NCBI GenBank assembly: GCA_965226795.1
Contig: CBDDDZ010000005.1
Coordinates: forward strand, 1,888,001 to 1,952,000
Source: Candidatus Latescibacterota bacterium
GTDB taxonomy: Bacteria; Latescibacterota; UBA2968; GCA-2709665
DNA: 64,000 bases
Reading direction: 5' to 3'
Positions 50,030 through 60,662 of the stretch are shown piece by piece; the first letter of the stretch is position 1, and every line of letters starts with the position of its first letter. Made by a program: the position numbers and the translations under genes. The notes beneath the pieces are model-generated. The model did no database searches. It was not told the origin of the DNA and saw only the letters and a program-made list of their open reading frames with translations.

Positions 50030-50656
50030 ATGCACATTTATCGAGGCACAGCCGAGGCTTTCGGTCGAAGCGTTACCATTTGCGCATGCCTCTTTTTTTT
50101 TGTTGCAATCCCGGTGCGCTCAGACGCCCGGGGCGTCGTTATCACCGCCCGGACCCTCTACCTGCAGGCGGACACACTCAGACTGGATGTCAAACTGGAT
50201 TCTCTGTTTTCGCGGCGCGCCCTGGACGCCATCGCGTCGGGTCTGATCACCTCCGTGGTCATGGAATTCCGATTGGATTCGGAACGGCAGTCGAAAGCAA
50301 GAGAATTCGCCGTCGGCCTGCGCCTGGACCACGACATCTGGGAAGGACGGTATCAGGTTGTGCGTGAAGCCGGCCGCCGGGATACGCTCCAGACCACCAA
50401 TTTCGACAGTGTCAGTATATTCTGCTCGACGCTTCACGGGCTGGCGCTCGGGCCACCGCCCGAAGGGCGAAGCTTCCAGCTGCATCTTCGCGTTGGCGTC
50501 ACACCCATTTCCATCGAGCAGGAGCAGCGGACCCGCCGTTGGCTCAATGTCCTGCAAAAAGGAAGCCTGTTGGAGCTTTTCTTCTCACTGGACCGCCCCT
50601 CGGAACGGACACCGTGGATCGAAATAGGCCGCTTTTCGCCGGAGGATCTACAATGA
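50030..50656 (+). CDS. DUF4390-like periplasmic protein (start uncertain)
   Basis: ALDAIASGLITSVVMEFRL...LDHDIWEGRY; stop overlaps the kinase ATG as in DUF4390-ntrYX operons. Confidence 0.65.
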   Translation: MHIYRGTAEAFGRSVTICACLFFFVAIPVRSDARGVVITARTLYLQADTLRLDVKLDSLFSRRALDAIASGLITSVVMEFRLDSERQSKAREFAVGLRLDHDIWEGRYQVVREAGRRDTLQTTNFDSVSIFCSTLHGLALGPPPEGRSFQLHLRVGVTPISIEQEQRTRRWLNVLQKGSLLELFFSLDRPSERTPWIEIGRFSPEDLQ

Positions 50657-52149
50657 GATCCCTACCCCTGCGCTGGCGCATCATCATCGCCATCATCGCC
50701 CTGACGCTGGGCACCACACTGGCATTATCTCTGCTTGCACAGCACTTTCTTGAATCCAGCATGCAGTTGCAGGATAACATCAGCACAAGCACGGGCCGGG
50801 CACTGAACGACGCTGTTAAACTGGCGAGGGATCACTACGAAGGCCGCAAGGCCGCACTCACCGACATTGGAAAGCGTCTGTTCCAATCCCCGCTGGCAGG
50901 AGAAGCCGTTCGCACACGAGATCTTCAGCCTATCCGCGCCTTCCTGGACAAGCATGGTCTGGATGACGCCCGCGTCCGGTTCGCGGATGCGAAGGAAATC
51001 GCGTCGCTCAACCCGAAACAGCCCTTCGCCCGCCCCACCGTGCGCAGGGCCGGCGACCGCGATGCGTCGCTGGAACTGTTCGTGCCCGCTGGTCAGACCG
51101 GAACCACTGACGAAGCCTTTATCATTACAAGCCAAATGGTCGAACTGCATCATGTTGAGCAGGCGGTCCAGGCCCATCAGTACCTTCGCATGATCGGGAG
51201 CGACCTTCGGGGGGAGTTTTTCTTCTATTTCCTTGTTGCGATCATAGCCCTGCTCCTGCTCGCCTGCCTGGTGGGTGTTCGCATCGGCTTCGGCGTCACC
51301 CATCCGTTGGATGAACTCGTCAAAGGCACCCGCGAACTGGCCCAGGACAACCTGGACTACCGTATTCCTCCCGGACGGGACGACGAAATAGGCCTTCTGA
51401 TCGGTTCTTTCAATCGGATGGCCGAAGATCTGACGCAGAACCGCAAGCAGCGCGTCGAGGCCGAAAAAATCGCAGCATGGCGTGAAATCGCCAGGCGCCT
51501 GGCCCACGAAATCAAGAATCCGCTCACACCGATACAGCTTACGGTTCAGCAGATCCGTGACAAATATCCGGGCAACGATCCCACCTACCGGAAGCTGGTT
51601 CAGGACTGCACGGAAATCGTTACGGAAGAAGTGGAAAGCCTGAGGAAACTGGTGCAGGAATTCGCCGACTTTGCCCGCATGCCCTCACTGTCCCTGGGAC
51701 GTCACAGCCTGAACGGCGTGATTGCCGATATCGTGCGACTCTACCCCGAAGCCGGAATCGCACTCGATCTCACGCCGGAAATTCCCGATCTGGATCTCGA
51801 TAGCGAACAGATGCGCCGCGTGTTGATCAACCTGATCGAAAACGGCCTTGAAGCCGCCGGCGAGCTGGGCCGGATCGTCATTCAGACCGAAAGTCACCCG
51901 AATGCGGTCAGACTCCTGGTTGCAGACTCGGGACCCGGCGTGCCCGAACAGGATCGGGAGCACATCTTTCAGCCGCACGTGTCTTCCAAACAAAGCGGCA
52001 TGGGCATGGGGCTGGCCGAGGTCCGCAGCATCATCGAGAGCCACGGCGGCCAGATCGTCGCGGCGAACGGGCCCGGAGGGGGCGCTCAGTTCGAGGTCAT
52101 CCTGCCCGTTCCGAGGGAACAGAAAAGAGAGCCGGAGGAGAGAATATGA
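50653..52149 (+). CDS. ntrY: NtrY-like HAMP sensor histidine kinase
   Basis: Two TM helices, HAMP (DEIGLLIGSFNRM), AWREIARRLAHEIKNPLTPIQL, NLIENG, DSGPGV, GMGMGL. Confidence 0.85.
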   Translation: MRSLPLRWRIIIAIIALTLGTTLALSLLAQHFLESSMQLQDNISTSTGRALNDAVKLARDHYEGRKAALTDIGKRLFQSPLAGEAVRTRDLQPIRAFLDKHGLDDARVRFADAKEIASLNPKQPFARPTVRRAGDRDASLELFVPAGQTGTTDEAFIITSQMVELHHVEQAVQAHQYLRMIGSDLRGEFFFYFLVAIIALLLLACLVGVRIGFGVTHPLDELVKGTRELAQDNLDYRIPPGRDDEIGLLIGSFNRMAEDLTQNRKQRVEAEKIAAWREIARRLAHEIKNPLTPIQLTVQQIRDKYPGNDPTYRKLVQDCTEIVTEEVESLRKLVQEFADFARMPSLSLGRHSLNGVIADIVRLYPEAGIALDLTPEIPDLDLDSEQMRRVLINLIENGLEAAGELGRIVIQTESHPNAVRLLVADSGPGVPEQDREHIFQPHVSSKQSGMGMGLAEVRSIIESHGGQIVAANGPGGGAQFEVILPVPREQKREPEERI

Positions 52150-53528
52150 CCGAACCAACCATTCTGGTGGTGGACGACGAACGTAACATACGGCGGTCCC
52201 TGGAGATGATCCTTTCGGCCGAAGGTTACCGGGTTGTCTGCGCGGCTTCCGGCGGGGAAGCCCTGGCCGCAATGAAATCCGAGCCGCCGCAGGTGGTGCT
52301 GCTGGATATCGTCCTGCCCGGAACCAACGGAATTGAAATCCTGAAAAGCGCCCGGCAGAGCTACCCGAACCTGGCCGTCATCATGATTTCCGGCCACGGG
52401 ACCGTCCACGACGCGGTCGTGGCGACGAAACTGGGCGCCTATGATTTCCTGGAAAAGCCCCTTTCCCGGGAAAAAGTGCTGCTCACCCTCTCCCACGCCC
52501 TCGAGAGTGTCGAACTGACCGAAGAGAATCGCAATCTGCGCCAAAAGATCGAAACACGATTCGAGATGGTGGGCAAAAGCAATGCAATCGCATCCGTACG
52601 CGAACAGATTGGAAAGGTCGCTCCAACGAACGGACGCGTCCTCATCCTGGGCGAAAGCGGTACCGGTAAAGAACTGGTTGCCAGGGACATCCACCGAAAC
52701 AGCCGGCGGTGTAAAGGCCCGTTCGTCAAGGTCAACTGTGCTGCGATTCCTGAAGAACTCATCGAAAGCGAACTGTTTGGCAGCGACCGTGGCGCGTTTA
52801 CGGGCTCGGTGAAAACCCGAGACGGGAAGTTCCTGCTTGCGGATGGCGGAACGCTATTCCTGGACGAAATAGGCGATATGAGCCTGAGCGTTCAGGCCAA
52901 GGTTTTGCGGGCCCTCGAGCAGGGGGAATTCGAGCGAGTTGGCGGGTCAAGGACTCTGAAAGTGGATGTGCGGGTGATCGCCGCAACCAACAAGAACCTT
53001 CAACAACAGGTAGAGAACGGGGCTTTCCGCGAGGACCTCTACTTCAGGCTCAATGTCGTGCCCATTACGGCCCCGCCGTTGAGGGATCGAAGAGAAGACA
53101 TACCCCTGCTCTCTGAGCATTTTCTAACGGGATATGCCGAAGAAAACGACTTCCGTCCCAAAACCCTCACGCCCGGCGCGATAGAGGCTCTGAAGAACTA
53201 CGCCTGGCCGGGCAACATCAGGGAACTCAAGAACCTGATAGAACGCCTCTCCATCATGGTCGCGGAAGATACGGTTGATGTGCATCACCTGCCCGGACTG
53301 GACGGCCCCCAGCTCGCCCAATCCAGCGAGACCCCGGGTGACAAAACCGCACTGCCCGGAGTCGAGTCCGGGAAGAGCCTCCATGAGGTCCGTGAAGCCG
53401 TGGAAAAGGCCTACATCTCAGATGCATTGAACGACAACGCCTGGAACGTCACAAGGGCCGCGAGATTGCTGGGCGTAGACCGCACGAACCTCCACAAGAA
53501 AATCAAGTACTACAATATCGAGCGCTGA
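52146..53528 (+). CDS. ntrX: NtrX-like response regulator (REC-AAA+-HTH)
   Basis: ILVVDDE, LLDI, MISGHGT, FLEKP, VAPTNGRVLILGESGTGKE, GAFTGS, WPGNIREL. Confidence 0.88.
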   Translation: MTEPTILVVDDERNIRRSLEMILSAEGYRVVCAASGGEALAAMKSEPPQVVLLDIVLPGTNGIEILKSARQSYPNLAVIMISGHGTVHDAVVATKLGAYDFLEKPLSREKVLLTLSHALESVELTEENRNLRQKIETRFEMVGKSNAIASVREQIGKVAPTNGRVLILGESGTGKELVARDIHRNSRRCKGPFVKVNCAAIPEELIESELFGSDRGAFTGSVKTRDGKFLLADGGTLFLDEIGDMSLSVQAKVLRALEQGEFERVGGSRTLKVDVRVIAATNKNLQQQVENGAFREDLYFRLNVVPITAPPLRDRREDIPLLSEHFLTGYAEENDFRPKTLTPGAIEALKNYAWPGNIRELKNLIERLSIMVAEDTVDVHHLPGLDGPQLAQSSETPGDKTALPGVESGKSLHEVREAVEKAYISDALNDNAWNVTRAARLLGVDRTNLHKKIKYYNIER

Positions 53529-53600
53529 CAGGGCACGAGATGGTCGCGCTTCTGCACACGCCGACGTCGCGATCGGGCAGTCGGCGCCCAGAGACCGGGA

Positions 53601-54737
53601 TTGAAAGCAGCGTTCCTCATACTTCTCCCTTTTCTTGCGTGGGTATCCGATGCCGGTGCGCAGCCGGAGGACATCTCCTGGTTGGAGAAGCTCTACCGCG
53701 ACGCCCGACTCCGATACAATCGCGTGGAGGGTTCCTACCTGGGGTATCGCCTTTCCGTCAGCCACAAAGACCGGCCGCGACTCACGGTCTTCGCCGAAAG
53801 TGGATATGGCTTTGGCAATGGCTCGCCCAGGTGGGAAGCCGGCTTGAGCTACCGCGGCCCCCCAACCGGCCTGACCGTCGCTGTTTTCGACAGGACCGAT
53901 ACACACGATCGGGACATCGTCGACACCACCGAAAACAGCCTGTTCAGTGTCCTCTTCAAACGGGACCACCGCGACTACTTCCGTGCGAAAAACGGATTTG
54001 AAACGAAGGTTTCCTTCAGGGCGAGACGAACACTCTTCCTACTTGGCGGCCTGACCGCGTACCAATGCGAGCCCATGCCGGTCAGAGCCGCCTGGAGTCT
54101 GTTTTTCAGAAGCCGCCCCTTTAGAATCAACCCGCCTGCCAGACCCGGCGATGTCGGCGTGCTGCACGCCGGCGTTGTGGTCGACACACTCATCAGGGGA
54201 CCGCTGTTACGAAATGCCTGGTACGGCAGGATCCTCTACGAACGCGGCCTTCGCGATTTCGTCTTCCACGGACTCACCCTGGAGGCCAAACGCTATCAGA
54301 AGGTCAGATTCGGCAGACAGGGCCTGATTGTCCGGGCCCGCCTGAGTACCCGGGAGAGCACTGCGCCGCAGTTCCTTTTCGGCATGGGAGGCGTGGGCAC
54401 CCTGCGCGGATACGACATCAAGGAATTCCCTGCCAACCGACTGTTTTTTTTCAACTTCGAATACGCCTTCCGCGGGGACGTCCTTCCTCGAATTCCCATC
54501 AGAGGATTCCATCTGCTCAACCTCACCATTTTCGCCGACACGGGATGGTTCAGAATGGTGCCGGAATCCGCCAATCTGTTTGAAGGATTCGAAGACCTGG
54601 GCCCGACATCCTTCAGGACGAGTACAGGCCTCGGCATTGCCCTTCCCCGGCAACTCCTCCGACTGAACGTCGCCCGCCGGCTGGACAGGGCCGATGACGC
54701 CTGGACCCTTTCCGCCAGACTCAGATTCGATCTCTGA
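53601..54737 (+). CDS. Outer-membrane beta-barrel protein (Omp85/DUF5686-like)
   Basis: Signal peptide, RYNRVEG, GYGF, GGVGTLRGYDIKEF, IFADTG, alternating C-terminal strands. Confidence 0.7.
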   Translation: MKAAFLILLPFLAWVSDAGAQPEDISWLEKLYRDARLRYNRVEGSYLGYRLSVSHKDRPRLTVFAESGYGFGNGSPRWEAGLSYRGPPTGLTVAVFDRTDTHDRDIVDTTENSLFSVLFKRDHRDYFRAKNGFETKVSFRARRTLFLLGGLTAYQCEPMPVRAAWSLFFRSRPFRINPPARPGDVGVLHAGVVVDTLIRGPLLRNAWYGRILYERGLRDFVFHGLTLEAKRYQKVRFGRQGLIVRARLSTRESTAPQFLFGMGGVGTLRGYDIKEFPANRLFFFNFEYAFRGDVLPRIPIRGFHLLNLTIFADTGWFRMVPESANLFEGFEDLGPTSFRTSTGLGIALPRQLLRLNVARRLDRADDAWTLSARLRFDL

Positions 54738-54771
54738 TTCGACCCCTGCGCCGCCACCGCGCCGTAGCTGG

Positions 54772-54808
54772 AAATAAAGAAACCCCGGGGATCACTCTCC
54801 GGGGCTTG
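54772..54808 (-). terminator. Probable intrinsic terminator between convergent operons
   Basis: CCCCGGGG-ATCACT-CTCCGGGG stem with adjacent AAATAAAGAAA (U-tail on the minus strand). Confidence 0.6.
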
Positions 54809-54924
54809 TTCAATCGATGGAGCGGAATTGCCTTACGGCGGTCAGACGAGGGCCCGACGTGGTTCGCAGGCTCCAAGGCGCATCCAGTTCGTATGAAATC
54901 CGGTTGGAGGGCGGATCGGCCGGT

Positions 54925-56175
54925 TTACGTGCCCTCCTGCCAGGAACTGAGATACCGCTCCTGGTCGTCGGTCAGCGAATCAATCTGTATGTCCATTGCC
55001 TCCAGTTGCAGCCGGGCGACCTCCCTGTCGATCTCATCGGGCAACCGGTACACCCTGGGTTCCAGTTTATCGGCGTTCCTGATGCCGTATTCCACCCCGA
55101 GGGCCTGATCGCAGAACGACAGCGACATCACGGTGGAGGGATGTCCCTCCGCACAGGCCAAGTTCACAAGACGGCCCTCGCCGCACAGGAACAGCGAGCG
55201 ACTGCCCAGGATGTATTCGTGAAACAGAGGCCGCACTTCCTCCTTCTTTTCGGCCATCGCCTCGAGCCCGTCCACGTCGATCTCCAGATCGAAATGGCCG
55301 GCATTGGCCATGACCGTGCCGTTCTTCATGGCCTTCATATGTTCCGCGCTGATGACGTGCTTGTTACCTGTCACCGTCAGGAACAAATCGCCGATCCCGG
55401 CAGCGAGCGCCATCGGCATCACCCGGAACCCGTCCATCCGCGCCTGCAGCGCCCGAAAGGGATCCACTTCCGTTACGATAACCTCCGCTCCCAGTCCTCG
55501 CGCCCTCGATGCCACGCCCTTGCCGCAACTGCCATAGCCCACGACGACGACCGCCCTGCCGCTGATTAACAGGTTGGACGCCCGAATAACGCCGTCCAGC
55601 GCCGACTGCCCCGTCCCATAGTAATTGTCCATCAGGTGTTTGGTATCGCAATCGTTGACGGCAATGATGGGATATTTCAGTGCATTATCCTTCTCCATAG
55701 CGCGCAGGCGTATGATGCCCGTTGTGGTCTCCTCACAACCGCATACAATCTCGGGAATCTGATCCGGGTAATTCGTATGCACCTCGTTCACCAGGTCACA
55801 GCCGTCGTCGATGGTCACGTGCGGCCGGGTCTCTATTACCGCGCGAAGATAACGATAATAATCCTCCCGCGTCTCCCCCTTGTAGGCATAAACGGCGACG
55901 TCCTCGGCAGCGAGCGCCGCCGCCACGTCGTCCTGAGTGGAAAGCGGATTGCAGCCTGTAATCGACACGGTGGCGCCGCCGGCCCGCAGCGTCCGCACCA
56001 GCACCGCTGTCTCTTTGGTTACATGGAGCGCCATGCCGATCCGGTAACCCTTCAGCGGCTTTTCCTGCTCGAAGCGTTCCCGTATCTTCAGCAGGGCGCC
56101 CATCTGCTTCTCGGCCCACTGGATATTTTTGAACCCCTGTTCCGCCAGACCGATGTCCTTAACCTCGTAACCCAC
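54925..56175 (-). CDS. ahcY: Adenosylhomocysteinase
   Basis: LHVTKETA, CNPLSTQD, DDGCDL, EETTTG, KHLMDNYYGTGQS, GYGSCGKG, NAGHFD, GRLVNLACAEGHPS. Confidence 0.96.
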   Translation of the reverse strand: MGYEVKDIGLAEQGFKNIQWAEKQMGALLKIRERFEQEKPLKGYRIGMALHVTKETAVLVRTLRAGGATVSITGCNPLSTQDDVAAALAAEDVAVYAYKGETREDYYRYLRAVIETRPHVTIDDGCDLVNEVHTNYPDQIPEIVCGCEETTTGIIRLRAMEKDNALKYPIIAVNDCDTKHLMDNYYGTGQSALDGVIRASNLLISGRAVVVVGYGSCGKGVASRARGLGAEVIVTEVDPFRALQARMDGFRVMPMALAAGIGDLFLTVTGNKHVISAEHMKAMKNGTVMANAGHFDLEIDVDGLEAMAEKKEEVRPLFHEYILGSRSLFLCGEGRLVNLACAEGHPSTVMSLSFCDQALGVEYGIRNADKLEPRVYRLPDEIDREVARLQLEAMDIQIDSLTDDQERYLSSWQEGT

Positions 56176-56271
56176 GTCCGTCTCCTCTCCATCCTGAGTA
56201 TGCGCCGTTCGGCCTGTCTTCGCCAGGGAAAAACGCAATTTCGAAACCGATCGGGAACCATCCCCCGATGG

Positions 56272-57438
56272 TTACGCCAGATTCGCCGCGGCCTCCTTGA
56301 GGGCTTCCGCCCTGTCCGTTCGTTCCCATGTAAAACCATCCCCCCTCCGCCCGAAATGCCCGTAGGCGGCGGTGGCTTCATATACCGGGCGCAACAGATT
56401 CAGAGTCCGGATGATGCCAGACGGCCGCAACTCGAAATGCGCACGGACCAACGCCGCGATATCCGCATCGCTGATTTTGCCCGTACCGTACGTATCCACG
56501 ACGATGGATACCGGTTCGGCCACCCCGATGGCATAGGCCAGCTGCACCTCGCACCGGCTGGCGAGCCCGGCTTTCACCACGTTTTTTGCAACGTACCGTG
56601 CGGCATAGTGCGCGCTCCGGTCGACTTTGCTGGGATCCTTTCCGGAAAACGCCCCACCCCCGTGCCGCCCGGCGCCGCCGTAGGTATCGACAATAATCTT
56701 GCGGCCGGTCAACCCCGTGTCTCCGTGGGGGCCTCCGACCACGAAACGTCCGGTTGGGTTGATGTGGTATATCGTGTCTTTGTCGAGATAGCGCGCCGGG
56801 ATCACCTTTTTTACGACATGCTGAATCATATCGCGGGAAATGCGGCTGTGCCGCACGTTCGGGTCGTGCTGCGTCGAAATCACGACGGTATGCACGCGCA
56901 CCGGCCTGTCGTCCTCATATTCCACGGTCACCTGCGACTTGCTGTCGGGTCGCAGATAGGGAAGGATTCCCCGGCGGCGGAGCCTCGCCAGGGCCATTAC
57001 CAGCTTATGGGAAAGCATAATGGGCATCGGCATCAACTCGGGCGTCTCCCGGCAGGCGTAACCGAACATCATGCCCTGGTCGCCCGCACCCTGCTCCTGG
57101 TGCAGGCCCTCACCCTCGGTTACTCCCAGGGAGATGTCGGGTGATTGCGTATGCAGCGCAAGAAGCACGCCGCAGGAACGGTAGTCGAATCCATACTCCG
57201 AATCCGTATAGCCGATGCGCCGAATGACATCTCGCGCCAGTTCCTGAATATCCACCTGAGCCCGCGTGGTTATCTCGCCCGCTACAATCACCTGACCCGT
57301 TGTCACCATCGTCTCGCATGCGACCCGCGATTGGAGATCCTCGGTCAGCATCGCATCCAGGACGGCATCGGAAATCTGATCGCAGATCTTGTCCGGATGC
57401 CCTTCGGATACCGACTCTGAGGTAAATAAGCGCCGCAT
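56272..57438 (-). CDS. metK: S-adenosylmethionine synthetase
   Basis: [39 protein letters not shown]. Confidence 0.97.
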   Translation of the reverse strand: MRRLFTSESVSEGHPDKICDQISDAVLDAMLTEDLQSRVACETMVTTGQVIVAGEITTRAQVDIQELARDVIRRIGYTDSEYGFDYRSCGVLLALHTQSPDISLGVTEGEGLHQEQGAGDQGMMFGYACRETPELMPMPIMLSHKLVMALARLRRRGILPYLRPDSKSQVTVEYEDDRPVRVHTVVISTQHDPNVRHSRISRDMIQHVVKKVIPARYLDKDTIYHINPTGRFVVGGPHGDTGLTGRKIIVDTYGGAGRHGGGAFSGKDPSKVDRSAHYAARYVAKNVVKAGLASRCEVQLAYAIGVAEPVSIVVDTYGTGKISDADIAALVRAHFELRPSGIIRTLNLLRPVYEATAAYGHFGRRGDGFTWERTDRAEALKEAAANLA

Positions 57439-57530
57439 GAATACCTCTTTTCCTGTCGTGGATGCGGAAATGCTCCAGGCGGATATTCAGGCCGGATGCC
57501 GCGTTGCGCGGTCTGGGTGAACGATGCGTC

Positions 57531-59312
57531 TTATCTCTCGATTCCCGCCGGCTCTTTCTCCAATTCGCCCTGCGTCTTCCGCGGACCATCCAATTTGGAC
57601 AACGCGGCGTGGACGTATTCCCGAACAGCGCCCCGGGTGGGCAGAGCCAGCGCTTCGTCCGCCGTGGCCCTTGCCTCTTCCATGGAGACCGACCGAATCG
57701 CCTGTTTGATCTCGGGAACCATACGCGGGCCGATGCTGAACCCATCCACCCCCAACCCCATCAATAGCACGCAACTGTGGGGGTCGCCAGCCATCTCACC
57801 GCATACCGTGACCGGGATTTCGTGACGGTGGCCGGCGTCCACCACCGACTTGATCAAGCGCAATACGGCCGGATGAAACGGATCGTACAGGTAGGCCACC
57901 CGCTCGTTGCCGCGATCCACTGCCAGGGTATATTGAACAAGATCGTTGGTGCCAATGCTGAAAAAATCCACCTCCTGCGCCAGCTGGTCGGCCACCACTG
58001 CCGCCGACGGGACCTCGATCACCGCGCCCACCTCGCAGCCCTCGTCATACGGCACGCCGGCCCGCTTCAGTTCGGCGCGTGCCTCGGCCAGCACGGACTT
58101 GGCCTCCAGCAATTCTTCCACGCCCGATATCATCGGAAACATGAGCTTGACGTTTCCATGTGCGCTGGATCGGAGGATGGAACGCAATTGAACCCGGAAC
58201 AGGTCTCTGTTTGCCAGGGAATGCCGGATGGCGCGCCAACCCAGAAACGGATTCGTCTCTTCCGCGGAATGCGACGCCTGCGTCAGTTTGTCGCCGCCCA
58301 GGTCCAGCGTGCGCACCACCAGCGGATGAGGCGCCATCTGTAGGGCAAGCCGTGTATACGCGGCCGTCTGTTCGTCTTCACCGGGCAGACTGGAACCCGC
58401 GAGGTAAAGGTATTCGGTACGGTACAGGCCGATGCCCTCGGCCCCGTACGCCAGTGCGGAGCGTCCCTCTTCCGGCAGTTCGATGTTGCCTTGCAGCCAG
58501 ACGCGAACGCCGTCCAGGGTTTCGGCGGGTACGTCGGTGAACTTCAGCAGGCCCTTCTGAGTCTCCGCGAACCGGCGGGCCTCGGCGCGGTACCGGCCAA
58601 GCGTTTCCGGGTCGGGCCGGATACAGACCAGCCCCCGGTTCCCATCCACGATGGCCATATCGCCCGGCTCGGCCGATGCCAGGGCCGCCTCGACACCCAC
58701 AACCGCCGGAATCTCGAGCCCCCGCGCGATGATCGACGCATGCGAAGTCGCCGCGCCCGCTTCGGTGACCATGCCCAGCACACTGTCCCGCTTCAGGCGT
58801 GCCGCATTGGAGGGGGTCAACTCGTGTGCGATCACGATCGCCGGGGCGGTCATCCGTTCCAGCAACGAATCTTCCCGTCGACACAATCTGGCCAGCACCC
58901 GTTTCTCGACGTCCAGAATATCCGCCCGCCTCGCCCGTAAGTAGTCGTCCGGGATGGCGTCGAATTGCCGGCGCACGTTCTGAAGCGTCAGCCAGAATGC
59001 ATACTCGACATTCACCCGATCATCACGGATGGAAGCCAGGGTCGGCTCTCGCAGGGCCGAGTCGTCCAGAATCATTAAATGTGCGTCGAATATCTGGGCG
59101 TGCTCCGGACCCAGCTTTTCCTCGACCCGAGCCCGCGTGATCTTGAGATCTTCCGCTACGGAAGCCAGCGCATCCAGAAACCGCCGCACCTCGACCTCGA
59201 CTGCATCGCCCGCGATGCGCCGGTAGTCCACCCACGGCTCCTCCGGGTCGTGAAGATAAACCGGACCGATGGCGATGCCATTCGATGCCTGGATGCCTTT
59301 CAATACCTTCAT
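57531..59312 (-). CDS. ptsI: PEP-protein phosphotransferase, PTS enzyme I
   Basis: TSHASIIAR, GIGLYRTE, RTLDLGGDK, NPFLGWRAIR, FFSIGTNDLVQY, CGEMAG. Confidence 0.96.
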   Translation of the reverse strand: MKVLKGIQASNGIAIGPVYLHDPEEPWVDYRRIAGDAVEVEVRRFLDALASVAEDLKITRARVEEKLGPEHAQIFDAHLMILDDSALREPTLASIRDDRVNVEYAFWLTLQNVRRQFDAIPDDYLRARRADILDVEKRVLARLCRREDSLLERMTAPAIVIAHELTPSNAARLKRDSVLGMVTEAGAATSHASIIARGLEIPAVVGVEAALASAEPGDMAIVDGNRGLVCIRPDPETLGRYRAEARRFAETQKGLLKFTDVPAETLDGVRVWLQGNIELPEEGRSALAYGAEGIGLYRTEYLYLAGSSLPGEDEQTAAYTRLALQMAPHPLVVRTLDLGGDKLTQASHSAEETNPFLGWRAIRHSLANRDLFRVQLRSILRSSAHGNVKLMFPMISGVEELLEAKSVLAEARAELKRAGVPYDEGCEVGAVIEVPSAAVVADQLAQEVDFFSIGTNDLVQYTLAVDRGNERVAYLYDPFHPAVLRLIKSVVDAGHRHEIPVTVCGEMAGDPHSCVLLMGLGVDGFSIGPRMVPEIKQAIRSVSMEEARATADEALALPTRGAVREYVHAALSKLDGPRKTQGELEKEPAGIER

Positions 59313-59449
59313 CGGTCTGAGACCTCACACGCGAGAAACGACCGGGGTGAACGCCGCGACAGGATCGGGTGCCCGGCCGGCCGGTTGGATCGAAACGGAG
59401 CGGCAGTGCGGGCCTGGGAACGGCCGTGCCGAATCACCTGCACGACGTC

Positions 59450-59710
59450 CTAATCGAACTTGCCTTCGATCATGTGCACGATATCGTCCAGCGCTTCCAC
59501 TTCATCCGGTCCCGCCGCCCGGACGCGAATCTTCGCATCCGTCTCCGCTGCCAGCATCATGACGCCCATGATGCTCTTGCCGTTTACTTCGAGCCCGTCT
59601 TTGATCAGGGTAATCTCCGACACATACTTTGCGGCCGCCTCCACAAGAAGGGCCGACGGCCGCGCATGGATACCCAATCTGTTTTTCACCGTGGCTTCTC
59701 GTTCCGCCAT
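59450..59710 (-). CDS. ptsH: Phosphocarrier protein HPr
   Basis: NRLGIHARPS, NGKSIMGVMMLAA. Confidence 0.96.
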   Translation of the reverse strand: MAEREATVKNRLGIHARPSALLVEAAAKYVSEITLIKDGLEVNGKSIMGVMMLAAETDAKIRVRAAGPDEVEALDDIVHMIEGKFD

Positions 59711-59906
59711 AACCTGTTCATACCGTTATAATAGTCCATATTGGAAGCTTACAATCTATCTAAATCCGGACATCATGTCAAGCGCTGCCGAGCAAGTCCG
59801 TAACCGCCCGCTCCTCCCTAACATGCCCGCCGCCAGGGCCCAGACAAAAAAACCGCCCACTACATTCCTGGCGGTTACCCTTTGCATTCCCCCGGCCAGC
59901 CGATCC

Positions 59907-60653
59907 CTACTCACCGTGAACGGCGCCGGCAAACTCACGGACCAGAACCGGATCCCGTTGTGCTTCCAGAATACTGCCTACCACAACAAAGTCGGCGCCG
60001 GCTGCCACTTTCGCCCCGGCATCGTGCGGTTTTCGGATGCCGCCGCCGGCAATCACCGGAATGGAGACATTTCCCGAAACCGCCGCGATCATTTCATCGG
60101 ACACCATCTGTTCGGCCCCGCTGCCCGCATCCATATAAACGCATTGCATCCCAAGGTACTGGGCGGCCAGCGCGTGCGCCGTTGCAATTTCCGGCTTGTC
60201 TCTGGGCATCGGTTTGGTATTGCTTATATATTCGGCGGTCGTCTGCCGCCCGGAGTCCACCAGCATATACCCGGTTGAAATCGTCTCCAGGCCGTATGCC
60301 CTGACGATGGGCGCCGCTTTCACCTGCTGTCCGATCAGCAGATCCGGATTTCGCCCGCTGATCATGCACAGAAACAGAATGGCATCGGCGGCCGATGAGA
60401 CCTGGTTCATATCGGGACCGGGAAAAATCAGCAGAGGAATCCCGATGGCCCTCTTGACCTCCCGGACCGCGCGGTCAAATTCGGTATAGAGCAGAAAACT
60501 GCCGCCCATCAACAGGGCGTCGGCTCCGTTTTCGGCGCACATCGTTGCCGAATGGACCACGTCCTGCTTGTCCATTCGGTCCGGGTCCAGAAGGCACAGG
60601 AATCCCGCGCCCCGCTGTCTGAGAACCGCTTTAAGGTGGTTGTACGTCGACAT
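59907..60653 (-). CDS. Geranylgeranylglyceryl/heptaprenylglyceryl phosphate synthase (group II-like)
   Basis: LLDPD, LMGGS, IFPG, ADAILF, SGRNPDLLIG, TGYMLV, YMDAGSGA, GGGIR, VVGS. Confidence 0.9.
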   Translation of the reverse strand: MSTYNHLKAVLRQRGAGFLCLLDPDRMDKQDVVHSATMCAENGADALLMGGSFLLYTEFDRAVREVKRAIGIPLLIFPGPDMNQVSSAADAILFLCMISGRNPDLLIGQQVKAAPIVRAYGLETISTGYMLVDSGRQTTAEYISNTKPMPRDKPEIATAHALAAQYLGMQCVYMDAGSGAEQMVSDEMIAAVSGNVSIPVIAGGGIRKPHDAGAKVAAGADFVVVGSILEAQRDPVLVREFAGAVHGE

Positions 60654-60662
60654 GGAGGTGAC

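Noticed and set aside
503..57144. Long antisense ORFs (e.g. 503-1936, 2716-3741, 55636-57144)
   Set aside because: Shadow frames of well-supported genes in GC-rich DNA, with no protein motifs.
57439..57530. SAM or SAH riboswitch upstream of metK/ahcY
   Set aside because: Gap is short and lacks recognisable conserved riboswitch motifs.
59756..59938. Small ORF between GGGP synthase and ptsH
   Set aside because: Overlaps the upstream gene end and has no recognisable motif; cannot be supported.
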